Shown: positions 25,046 through 36,282, numbered from the stretch's first letter. The stretch is 62,667 nt of DNA from Perkinsus chesapeaki ATCC PRA-425 (GCA_013115145.1 JAAPAO010000146.1:1-62667), one strand, 5' to 3'. Program-made: numbers and translations. Notes: generated by a model from the letters alone, not told the origin.

Positions 25046-26174
25046 CTAGTGCTCCGTAGCATCAGCAGCAGCATGGTCGGCGGCGGTTTGGTGCTCCTCC
25101 TCTTCGTTCTCCTCAGTAATAGTATCCAGATCGAGGTATTCAACCTTAACATCATCATCCGGCTTGAAGCAGCTCCGGCCGCTGGGATCGTGCACCTACA
25201 CAGCGCTACTGTATCGCCAAGAGGAATAATAAAGGTATTACAATCCAAGTGAAGGGCTCGTCGACATCCAATAGCTTATTCAGCTCCGATACCGCATCAC
25301 ACATCTTCTCCAGCTGGTCCTCGGACATGGTCTCTGAAAATAGCAGTAAGTCATTTCCCTTTCGCCAGCTTGACAAAGTCGATCCAGCAATCGAACAATG
25401 TTGCTATACCCAAGGCAAGAGAGGTATTCATGCTCCAGTGCTCATCCGTTCCCTTACTATTATTACTCTGATTGGCCTTTATGTAGTCCCCTAGGTTGAG
25501 TACAGCAGCCCCGATGAAATTATAGATGGTATCAACTTGTCTTGTCATATCAGCCCCTATCTCAAATTCAATCTCAGGTATCTCAACGTGGGCATGAGAG
25601 CTCTTCAAGAACACAGTCCAGAGTTGCTTCCTATCCGTAATATGAAGAGTCATCTTCATCGGCCGGCCCCAAGTGGACTTGTCCAAACTGATAGAAAAAC
25701 CGTAAAACGCCTCTCCCCCACCAACATGATTACTCCTCTTTTAGAGCGATAGGCTTGAAGTACCACTTGCCATCCTGCTCCTTCATCTCGAATTGGGGCA
25801 GCTTGGCCAGGAAGTCCTTGAAGCTACCTGACCACCGTCAGCTGCCACCACTCGACCCGGAGAGCTCAACCAACCTTTGATGGCATCTTCAAACTCGTCT
25901 TTGTCCTCGTATCCCAAATTCGTGCACAACCACTGCATTCCATCATCCAGGGAGATCCACGTGTCCTAAACCAAGAACAGCTCGTCCAGTCACCGCGCCA
26001 CAAAACTACCTCGGGACATGTGGCACAGAACTTCTCCATTTCCAACATGATCATGGACATCTCCTGATGGGACACATCAATTCGGAAGGCGTCCAGCTCG
26101 TTGTGCTTCGGGGCGCCTCCTTCACTTTTGGTGGCGTTGGCGACTTGGGGATTCTCAGATGCGCTATCAGACAT
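25046..26174 (-). CDS. ZPR1 A/B-domain protein lacking the canonical ZPR1 zinc finger
   Basis: KMTLHITDRKQLWTVFLKSSHAHVEIPEIEFEIG...VDTIYNFI...DEPFTWI|VHDPSGRS matches the ZPR1 A/B domain; acidic tail. Confidence 0.7.
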
Positions 26175-26399
26175 TATAGTGAAACAGTAACAACCTGTTA
26201 GATCTCCCTATCATGCATTCCCGAGAGGCATGGATCTATCTCACGACATGCTTGGCGAACTGAGATTTTATACCACATTTCCTTCGCAAACCAGGCTGTG
26301 AAGGCTCATCACAAGCCTAAGAGACAATGTGGCTTAGAGCACAACGCACAGACCCTAACGGTGGTGGAAACGTTATGGTGGTAGAATACAAGTAACGAT

Positions 26400-27880
26400 A
26401 TGTCTGCTTGCCAGTAGTGGCAGGTGAAATGTGCTATACGTAAAGGGAGGGCGGTAGCCGTCGGGTTCACCGAGTCTTCGTCCCAGAGAGATTGCCGTGT
26501 TGCTCCAGCTTGCCTCGGCGATACCTGACATGGAACTCAAGACCGCCGCCAGCCCTAACCAAGCAGACTTACTGTGCCATGGCTCGCTCAGTGATAGCAC
26601 TGCCCTGAGGCACCACACGACGAAGTGAGTCCTGACTGTGGCCACCCATCTCGGGGCCCCTCTCCATAAATACATGGCGACCGGTCTTCAGCCGTCTAGT
26701 TCGGATACCTGCCCCCATCACAGACCCTACCCTTACCATTCCAACACCTCCGCCTACCCTTGGCTTCGTTGGCTAGACTAGCGGCCTTAAGCTTGTTGAT
26801 GTACTCTCGGCGCACACGCAGCCTCTCCGCCTCTGCTTTCAACTGAACCACCAGGCATCATCCCTGGTCACCGTCTCTGCCAGCATTACCTTCTTAGCAT
26901 CGGCATTAGGGTGCTGCTTCAGATGCTGCCTCATCCTAGCCTCCTTACGACGCTGGTGCTCCAACATGAGAGCCTGGTGCCGAGCTTCCCTATTAGATCA
27001 ATCCCCCCAGCGAAGGCCCAACTCCGTCCTACTTGTTCTTTTGCTTTTTAGTCTTCCTCTCAGGTTGGCCACCATCAGCCTTAAATCCCTCCTCCTCGAC
27101 TGTGCTTCCTTCCTTCCCCTCGGACTTGGGCGTCGTGACCAGTGGCCCCTCTACAGACTCATCCCACATCGGTGTGCGACGGCCTATGATCGTCAATGGC
27201 CCTTGCCAGACTGTATAATGACTACCTCGTTGCTCTTGCTCTTGCTGAGCAGCAGCAGCTGTGAAGAGGAGCTCCTTCGCATCATCCTCATCAGGATTTA
27301 CACTCTGCCCTGGCATCGCCACCGTGACCGCTGGGGCCAGGTTAGCCGAATGACGGATGGACTTAGGTACCCTATGGCCGCGCTGAATACACATGCATTA
27401 GCTCCCACCCGCCACGGGAGGCACACCTGAGCCGGTCCGTTATTGATGACCTTGGTCTCCTTAGCATCGTCATCCCAGAGATCAGCCAGCTTTTCCTGGT
27501 TAGGGTTGCGCTTTTGACCCTTCTTCTGTTGAACGCACTTCATCTTCCTCTCAAGCAGGCGGCTCTCGCTCGGCACCTGTCCCCAACCAGTCTAGCTCTC
27601 CCCGTATCCCCATCATTACCGTAGCTGTCTTGCCTTCCTTTGTACTGTTCTTTACAATATAGCGAAGGGCCTTAGGAACGCCTACAGAACAACGTTTCCA
27701 TTACCCTGGCCAGACCGCCACCGCCCCCCAAGTACCTTTGAAGCTTCCCTGCGTATCCACCATGAAGAGCTCGTCCGCGCTCTTGCTCATCATCTGCTTG
27801 GCATCGGCCGCCTCCTCAACTGCTTGTAGCTCAGCAGAGACATCGATCTTCCGTCCAGTCTTACGGACTCGCTTCACCAT
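26400..27880 (-). CDS. NOP53: Ribosome biogenesis factor NOP53/GLTSCR2 (end approximate)
   Basis: MVKRVRKTGRKIDVS, ELFMVDT, PAVTVAMPGQSVNP, SLRRVVPQGSAITER. Confidence 0.75.
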
Positions 27881-28039
27881 TAATAATAGCCAAACTGAAA
27901 TAGCTCCCCCCCTACCCACCAATACCCAACGCAGCATACGCATTAGTTCACGTGGTAAACGTAGGTATAGGGGTGGCAACGACTATAGTAACGATAATTC
28001 ATTCAATATATAAAGGTACAAGTCAACTTAGGCTGTCTG

Positions 28040-29434
28040 CTACTGCTGGCTATCGCTGTATCTGCTGGCAGCTGGTGAACTGGTGGACTCCATAAGAGAA
28101 TCGTTATAGGTGGAGTTAGGCTCGTTCATCATGCGTAGGCCCTTGCCGGTCAGACGATACCTATGTGAGAGCCTACCAACTACCTGGTACCCTTTAAGAT
28201 AGTACCTCCTAGATGGGCCCTCCTCTCCAAGGGCCTCCACTAGGCCCATCGGGGCCATCTCGGCCTCCAACCACCACATGGGCACCCATCCGGCCACGAG
28301 CTTCCATTCAGCCTGGGTAACTGGTTTCGCATTGCACAGTGTCGCCTAGTATACAGGAACGTACGCGCAAGTGGAGATCGAGCAGCAGACCTACCTCGAA
28401 AAGGCTGCGAAGGACCTGTCGGTAGTCGCGACGTTTCCCAGGCTTCAGCACACGCTTGTCCCATCGCTCCATGAGACAGTTCTGGCAGTTACTAGTCATT
28501 TCCGGGTTAATGGTATGGCATGTGTCACACTGCCAGCGGCCCAAATCTGACAGCACCACCACCGTCCAAGCCAAACCCTAGTAGAGTCTCACCTGCTGGG
28601 GTGAACCTGTGGTCAACAACTGTATGGGTCATGAAGAGGAAGCGCTCATAGATGACATTCATTTCCACACTATCAAAGGCCAAGACACGAAAGTTAGGCA
28701 CGGACTCTTGGATCTGATCACGGCAATCTATAGATCACTCTATGGAGGACAAGAAAGACATACCTTCTTAAGCCACTCCGAGCAGGCCCCACATGGCCAA
28801 AGCGGATTGTCGGTATGCCCATCGTTCATTTTGGTTGGGACATCAATTACAGCTATGCCCATGAACATACCCCTGTTGATCCTGGGATGGACCGAGCGAG
28901 CATGGGCAATGGCTGCCCTCTCGCTACAAAGGGATCCAGTTGGGAGGGAGACTTCACCGTTGATCCCCTCGAAGAACTCGTCACTGCCGTCCTCCATACG
29001 AACGTGTAGCATAGACAATACTAATTTACCGCTCTTTCTGTGGAAGAAAGGATCTGGCTGAAACCCATCAGCGATGGTCCTCTCCATGTACTCCCGTAAT
29101 TTATTAGCCAAGACAGCTGTTGGATCGGTGTCCGGTATGTCCTGGTACTGACGCATTCGAACGTACCTATTACGCTCTAAACGGTACCAAGTCCCGGGTT
29201 GCAAAGTCTGGCATTACTCTTTGGTAACTGTCCACATATCGTGGAGATCCGGAGCCTCCCTATCCCCGCTCATTGTAGAGGTTTGCTTCTGAGAAGGGTA
29301 CTATAGATTAAACGCCTGTCCGGTATGGCAGGACTTACCCGTAATAGAACCTCATCAGTTCCTCTACTGGGGCTGAATGAGGATGAGGAGGAAGCAGCAG
29401 TTGACTCCGACACAGGCGTCTCAGGAGCTCTCAT
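28040..29434 (-). CDS. Cytidine deaminase-RanBP2 zinc finger-winged-helix-like fusion, about 376 aa, 7 exons
   Basis: GSLCSERAAI and PCGACSEWL zinc motifs; WQCDTCHTINPEMTSNCQNC; GLVEALGEEGPSRRYY...YRLTGKG; joined in frame by GT-AG introns of 46-51 nt in the core. Confidence 0.8.
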
Positions 29435-29821
29435 TCAAAACGTGATCTGCTTAGACTTTAAACAGGCATGAGCAGTGATTCACAGGTTTTGAGCGTTTTT
29501 ACACGCGTTACAACGGTAAAGATGTGCGCTATTTGGACCTCAATTATTAGGAAACTGCCCAAGATACCAAGATGAAACGCGTTCATTATCGCTGCGATGA
29601 ACCAATTGTGTGCGATGGTAAAGTGGTGCAAGAAGCACTTACTAGTAGTCTTCTACCGTTCCGCAGTTCGTTCGCGTCGCAGTAAGCGGGGAATCATCTC
29701 TTCCGCAACGAAGTAAATATTCTTATTCTGTAATTTCGGCGCGCGTCACTCCGCTATGTGGTGTCTGTCTCGTTCTGATTCGTTCCCCACTGACCTATTA
29801 TTTTAGTTAGCATCTTTCTCC

Positions 29822-31990
29822 ATGTCCGACTCAGTATTAACCGATATCTTTGCCGTGGTACCGCCGGTACTCGGTATGCTCTGGGCGGTCAAGGAGCTCA
29901 TGGTGCTGAAAAGAGTTCACCTTACTGGTCCTGCTCAAGGATCCGAACTTAAAACCAGGCTTATGGCTGATGGTTCGACCGATATCCAAAAGACGCTCGA
30001 CCTGATGCAAGAGATCTCTAAAAATATTGCTGATGGTGCTACTGCCTTCCTCGTCCAAGAGTACAAGTACATGTTGGTCTACGTTGTTATCTTCAGTGCT
30101 ATTATCGGGCCATGTGTTAATGTTGGTACAATGGTTGCCTTTATTGTTGGTTCCCTTACCTCCATTGCCTGTGGCTACATTGGCATGAAAACAGCTGTAT
30201 TCAGCAATGTCCGTACAGCTCACGAGGCTTGGAAGGATCTTGCGTCTGGCTACGATGTTGCCATTAGAGGTGGTTCTGTCATGGGTTTCATGTTGGTTTC
30301 GCTCGGTGTACTGAATCTCTTCATTCTGGTTTCCATTTACAATCTCGATGTGTTCTATGGGGAAGATCACCCTACCCTTTATGAAGCCATCGCTGGCTAT
30401 GGTCTCGGTGGTTCGTCTATCGCCCTCTTCGGTCGTGTAGGTGGTGGCATCTACACTAAGGCCGCTGATGTCGGTGCTGATTTATCTGGAAAGAACGAGT
30501 ATGGTATGGACGAGGACGATCCGAGGAACCCCGCTTGCATTGCCGATAACGTTGGTGATAATGTCGGTGATGTTGCTGGTATGGGTGCCGATCTTTTCGG
30601 TTCCTTTGCCGAGTCTACCTGCGCTGCTATGGTCATCTCAGCCAATGCTCCTCACTATATGGCCTGGAAGAGTATGATGTTCCCTTTGCTGTTGTCTTCT
30701 GGAGGTATTGTAGTTGGACTTATCACTATGTTGGTCGTCAATATCTTCTATAAGGTGAAGGAACTGCCAGATATCGAGAAGGCTCTGAAGGGTGTACTTG
30801 TCATTTCCACCATTCTGGAGACTCCATTGGTAATTGTTCTCTGCTGGTGGGCTCTTCCATCAGGTCACTTCGCTATTGATCCTGAACGTCTTAACTGCAC
30901 TTGGCTCAACTGCTGCTGCTCTGTACTCCTTGGTCTGTGGTCCGGTCTTATCATTGGCTACAGCACTGAGTACTACACTTCCCATTCCTTCTCCCCTGTC
31001 CGTGAAATCTCCGAGACTCAGAAGGTTTCCGCCGCTACCGGTATCATCTATGGTCTGGCTCTGGGTTACCTCTCCTGCATCATCCCTGTAATATGCCTCG
31101 CTGTCACCGTCTGCATTGCTCATACTATCGCTGGTATGTACGGTGTTGCCCTCGGTGCTTTGGGTATGCTTGGTACATTGACAATGGGTTTGACAATTGA
31201 TGCTTATGGCCCTATCTCTGATAACGCTGGTGGTATTGCTGAGATGTCTGAGCTTGGTCCTGAGGTGCGCGCTCGTACTGATGCGTTGGACGCTGCCGGA
31301 AACACCACTGCTGCTATTGGCAAGGGTTTCGCCATCGGCTCTGCCGCTTTGGTCTCCTTAGCCTTGTTCGGTGCTTACTGCGTCCGTGCTAAAGTCGACA
31401 CTGTCAATATCCTCGACCCTTGGACTTTCACTGGTCTACTCTTCGGTGCTATGATGCCTTATGCTTTCTCTGCTATGACCATGAAGTCTGTCGGCAAGGC
31501 CGCTAACGATATGGTTACTGAGTGCATGAGACAATTCCCGAAGATCATATCAGGAGAGATGCGCCCTCAGTACACCAGGTGCATTGCTATCTCCACTGAA
31601 GCATCGTTGCGCGAGATGATCGCCCCCGGTTGTCTTGTTATTCTTTCACCGCTCATTGCGGGCTTAATATTTGGTAAAAATTGCACTGCTGGTTTGCTGT
31701 CGGGGGCTTTGGTGTCTGGTGTCCAGATGGCAATCTCCATGTCTAACACTGGTGGCGCCTGGGACAACGCTAAGAAGTACATCGAGGCCGGTGGTCTTGG
31801 TCCTAACCATCAGAAGGGATCCGCTGCACACAAGAACGCTGTTACTGGTGACACTGTCGGTGACCCGCTCAAGGATACCTCTGGCCCGTCTATCAACATT
31901 CTCATGAAACTGTCTGCTATCATGTCTCTGGTGTTCGGTGGAGTTATCAGAAGGTTCTCTAACGATGAGGGTGGTCCTTTCTGGCTGTAA
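29822..31990 (+). CDS. VP1: Vacuolar-type H+-translocating pyrophosphatase (type I, K+-dependent), single exon, 722 aa
   Basis: DVGADLSGK, DNVGDNVGD, EYYT, GNTTAAIGKGF (Ala form), GDTVGDPLKDTSGP. Confidence 0.97.
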   Translation: MSDSVLTDIFAVVPPVLGMLWAVKELMVLKRVHLTGPAQGSELKTRLMADGSTDIQKTLDLMQEISKNIADGATAFLVQEYKYMLVYVVIFSAIIGPCVNVGTMVAFIVGSLTSIACGYIGMKTAVFSNVRTAHEAWKDLASGYDVAIRGGSVMGFMLVSLGVLNLFILVSIYNLDVFYGEDHPTLYEAIAGYGLGGSSIALFGRVGGGIYTKAADVGADLSGKNEYGMDEDDPRNPACIADNVGDNVGDVAGMGADLFGSFAESTCAAMVISANAPHYMAWKSMMFPLLLSSGGIVVGLITMLVVNIFYKVKELPDIEKALKGVLVISTILETPLVIVLCWWALPSGHFAIDPERLNCTWLNCCCSVLLGLWSGLIIGYSTEYYTSHSFSPVREISETQKVSAATGIIYGLALGYLSCIIPVICLAVTVCIAHTIAGMYGVALGALGMLGTLTMGLTIDAYGPISDNAGGIAEMSELGPEVRARTDALDAAGNTTAAIGKGFAIGSAALVSLALFGAYCVRAKVDTVNILDPWTFTGLLFGAMMPYAFSAMTMKSVGKAANDMVTECMRQFPKIISGEMRPQYTRCIAISTEASLREMIAPGCLVILSPLIAGLIFGKNCTAGLLSGALVSGVQMAISMSNTGGAWDNAKKYIEAGGLGPNHQKGSAAHKNAVTGDTVGDPLKDTSGPSINILMKLSAIMSLVFGGVIRRFSNDEGGPFWL

Positions 31991-32446
31991 GTAGGAAGGG
32001 TATGCTTAACTAACATGGCTATACTGAGATAATTACGGCGAAGTAGTTCTATAATCTATAGTTGGTATAATCTCAAGGATATCGACTTTTCTTATTATAT
32101 ATACCTGTGGTCTTGAGTTTCTCAGTTTGGAGTGGATGTTTGACAACTGTCTTTTAGCCGGAATGCCCATCCGGGGAGTGCATTGTTTCGGGATAGAATG
32201 TTTCCACAGTAAACACTAAGCTAATTACAGTGCTCTATTACACTGAACTACCATGAATGGTAGCAATCTGTGTCGTGCATTGATACTCATAGAAATACCG
32301 GTAGCGATTATTTAATGATTAAGTTTATCGAATCACCGCTGTTTCGCTGCTAGTGATAAATTTATTTATCATAGCTGTTTGGTGATAAATAAACTTTTAA
32401 GCTCCTCTCTTATTACACAATACCATCAATAACTATGAAACAATCG

Positions 32447-34332
32447 TTACGCATCATCATCGTCGGCATCGCCACGGCCGGCAACAAACTTGGCTGCCGA
32501 CTTGCTATCAACAGCGGCTGCCTCAAGCGCCTTCTTTCGGGCTTCAGCTTGGGCGACGTGCGTATAGTACCTAACACTGATAATATGGAAAAAGAAAGCG
32601 GTGGAAGACTGACATTCTCCCTTTCGGAATCTGTTCTTGCGGATCTGGGTCTCCAGGCCGCGGACGCGCCCAGAACTTTGTGCAATTGTCATGGCTCCCT
32701 GAGACCATCAAGTGACCAAGGGGATGGTACGCTAATGCCCAAATGGACCTGCCATTAAACCAGTAGTGAAAAACTGTACCAAGGCAAGAGGCAATATTGC
32801 AGAGTAGACAGGGTAGAGCCTCACCCATCATGAGCGCCAATTAATGACTCTATTGGTTTTGCATCCTGTGCAACATCCCAGTGACATATCTGACCATCAT
32901 AGCTACCAGAGGAAAAGATACCAACTGCTGTAGGATGCCACGATAGACCTGAGAGCCGGGAGTGACTAGTATTAGCGAGAGGCGATTCCTACTTGTAATC
33001 TCACGCGTATGACCCTTGAAGACTTTGTCAATGCTCATCTTCCGTACGTCCATCATTTTAATCAATTGGTCTCGGCTACCCGAGATCAACCACTGGCCAT
33101 TGGGACTCCACCGTACTCGCCCCACCACAGACTGCAACAAACAATTTCTGCTGTCGTTCGCGGGCTGTGTAAGATCACCTTATGAGCGTATATAGTCGTT
33201 ATCGCCTCACTCTGGCGAGGGTCCCACAATTTAATGTTGAAGTCTTTGGAACCGGTAGCGACTAAACTCATCGATGGATGCCAGTCTATCGTCTTCACTT
33301 CCCAACCGTGACCATTAAACGTTCCTAAAGAGAATGCCTGTAGCCACGCCGATGAGTGCCACTTACGCTCCTCCTTGAAGGTTGGGAAGTCCCAAAGCTT
33401 CGCGGCATTCTCATCAGCACAGGATACAAACTTAGCTCCGGATGGTGAAACGCCTAAAGATTCCCAGCATGTTCGCATGGACAAGTATGGTTCCATACTT
33501 AAATCACGCACAGTTTCTTGATGAGCCTCAATCTGCTTGAAACAGAAATAGTTCGAGTTCCACACCTGTGAAAGTGTAGCACGTATTAATTAGTATTAGT
33601 TTAGTCGCTACTTTTATCAAACCACTTGAATCTCCAGAGAGAAGGTTAGCGCCATCAGGAGTCCACTTCATTGCTCGGATGGACGCTGTGTGTGCCTGGG
33701 AGACTCCGTCATCTCGATCGATAAACTGACGCCAAAGCCTCACCTGCATCAAGTTCTCGAAGTTGAAGTGAACTCCATTCCACAATGTAAACTCCCCTGT
33801 CTGCGAGCCCGTCAAGACTCGCTGACCTGAACACCCGCGTGCAGCGACGATTCCGATGCTTCTCGCGCTACCGTTAGGCTGCCACTCTACACAGTTAATG
33901 GCACAACGCATCTTATTGATGGCTGTATGGATGTACTTGCACAGTATCGGTGACTCGTAACCGAGATAGCCTGGGCCCATCTGACAGCGGTCAGTCGTCT
34001 TCCCCGAATCTCCACCAGCTCAGTCCGTACGTCTTTCATATAAGAGAGATGCGCCTTTTGATTCCCTCGCTTGTAGAGTGGGCGATGCTGTGTAAGCAGC
34101 ATGTCCGTCTTGTACTTGATTAACGTCGGGTTGTAGTCTATCATCCGTCGAAGGTACTTCCTACGAAACAGACAATCGGCGTCCCCGTTGCAATGCAGCG
34201 ATCTTCTTACTTCTTGGGCTGCCCTCGCTCATCCCTATCAAAGGCATCATCGAACAGGAAGTGTGGATGCCCTCCACCTAGACCACCGCCCATCCCGGCA
34301 CCGCCTTGATGCGGCATACCGAGATTCTGCAT
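32447..34332 (-). CDS. WDR33: WD40 polyadenylation factor WDR33/Pfs2
   Basis: [42 protein letters not shown]|[39 protein letters not shown]. Confidence 0.92.
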
Positions 34333-34333
34333 C

Positions 34334-36140
34334 TTAGCTAGGCCAAGGATACCAAAAAACGGCAGCAACAACCCTGCAGGTCCAAACCACTAAACGGCAA
34401 ACCCAAGTGAAATAAACATCAGAAACACATCCCCTCATGCAAAGTGAAGCAGCATCACCAATAACCCCTCGGGGCGGGCATCGTACTAGAGTAGCCATTC
34501 TTCCAAGTCCTCCTGTTAGTGTAGCTCTTATGGGGACCTGAAGAGTGTGTTGGAGTGGAATCTATTGACGGGCTTTACCTCCACTACACCAGATACCATT
34601 CGGCCATCGCATTGCATAGCCGCCCTTGAAGCTCGGGAGGAGACGAACCTGACGGATCGTGGAGAAGAATGACACATGCGATGCTGAAACGCACACCTCA
34701 GCCGGTAGCAAGCAAATTACGTAAGGGCGTGTGGTGTAGTGGTATCACGTCTGCTTTGCATGCAGAAGGCCCCGGGTTCAAACCCCGGCACGTCCATTTA
34801 TTCCTATTCCTTTCCCATTCGTTACCTTCATAAAGAGTGTATCCTCCTTGTCTATCATATATCGTAACTTGTACAGCGTGTCATGGAGCAGGTCCGGGAA
34901 TCTCTCCCAATCCAAGTCTTGCAAGAATGCTATGAGAATCTCCCGTTCCGGCTGAAACCAAAGGAATCAACTGGCCCGAATCCGCCGCTGCGAAACTTCT
35001 ACAACTTGCTGGCTCTCATACTCCTCCATGTTCAGTATTCTCACTGGGCTTTGCGTACAGAACCAAGCAGCATACTCCCTAAGGAATGTATCCGCACATC
35101 CCGCTAACACTTCCTCGTCTTGAGGTGCTGCAAGGTACGCTTCTAAGGAGTGTTCAATCCTTTAGTCTACTCCAATGAGCCCAGGGTAATACATTACCTA
35201 CTGCCCGCTTCAACTTCTCACTTACTCCATCACGCCCAGCATACAGCCGTAATCTGCCACGCGCAGCCAACTGATGATCATCAAGGTCCGCAAAGCCTGT
35301 GATCTTCTTGAACGACAACATTGACTCGAACTCCATCAGCGCCTGATAATGTATTCCCCTCCTCCATAAATTATATTACTCCCTCATCGCCCTCCAACTC
35401 CTCCAGTTGCCCTCGTTCAACCGCCTCCCCTAATCTGCCCTTCGCTTCTTTATACGGGGTTGATGACATAAAGTCCTGCTTGAACCATCTGCCGAGATGC
35501 TCTAGCGTCATCGCCGGATCTCCCCCAGTTATCTGAACACCAGTCATCCTGACCCCAGAGGGGTCTAAACACCTCTGTTGATCGTCAGCGACGGGAGGTA
35601 TACACATTTTACCGTACAGTGTATGGCATCTAGTCAAGTGCCATTATGCTACCAATGAAGCGAATTCCAGAAAATGATGTATCGAATCAAGGACTGCCCG
35701 ATCTAGTGTCGACGCGAGGAAGAGAGTCTACTAAAAAAGTCAATACTACCACTCTTTGCATCATTCCACCATGCCACAGCTGCACAGTTGGGACATTCAT
35801 TACGAATATGGATGCAGCATGCTCTGGTTGCTTCAATATATCAACCGTCATAATGCCTAGCTTCGGATACTCCTTCTCAACGGCCTACAACGACCTCTGT
35901 GTATCGAAGAGGGCAAGAAAGAGACCCCATCAAATCTTCGGTACATAAACAGGAGAATGGTATAACCTGTATAAGATGCCGCGTCCTATCCTCCACATGC
36001 TCCGCTGTCGCCACAACCATCAGCAGATCACTCGCCCCCCGTGTGCCCCGAGGATGCCTTAGCAGCTGGCGGAATCTGCTGGGGGAGGCAGGCGCGGCCT
36101 GCACGGCGGCGGCCTCCATCCGTAAGACGCTCTGCAACAT
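34334..36140 (-). CDS. Thioredoxin-fold plus helical/TPR-like protein (YbbN/CnoX-like); boundaries approximate
   Basis: KEYPKLGIMTVDILKQPEHAASIFVMNVPTVQLWHGG (Trx fold, no CxxC seen); helical C-terminal exons PEREILIAFLQDLDWERFPDLLHDTLYKLRYMI. Confidence 0.55.
34725..34796 (+). tRNA. tRNA-Ala(TGC)
   Basis: GGGCGTG/CACGTCC acceptor with G3:U70, anticodon loop TTTGCAT, T-loop TTCAAAC. Confidence 0.96.
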
Positions 36141-36282
36141 CATAAGCCCTACAAAACAACTGGCATGCCCATGGTCGGAATTAGCTGCACTTGAACGACA
36201 AGACACGGACAAGTGAAAAAAGTTGGTGCTCTGAAGAAACAGTGTCATGTATAGTCGTCGTCCTCCCCTAAATATCAAACTA

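Noticed and set aside
29837-31782. Several minus-strand ORFs within the H+-PPase gene
   Set aside because: Antisense shadows of a strongly conserved CDS
34491-34499. GTAGCCATT resembling a dinoflagellate/Perkinsus spliced-leader relic
   Set aside because: Only 9 nt match, and it is explained by WKNGYS codons on the opposite strand
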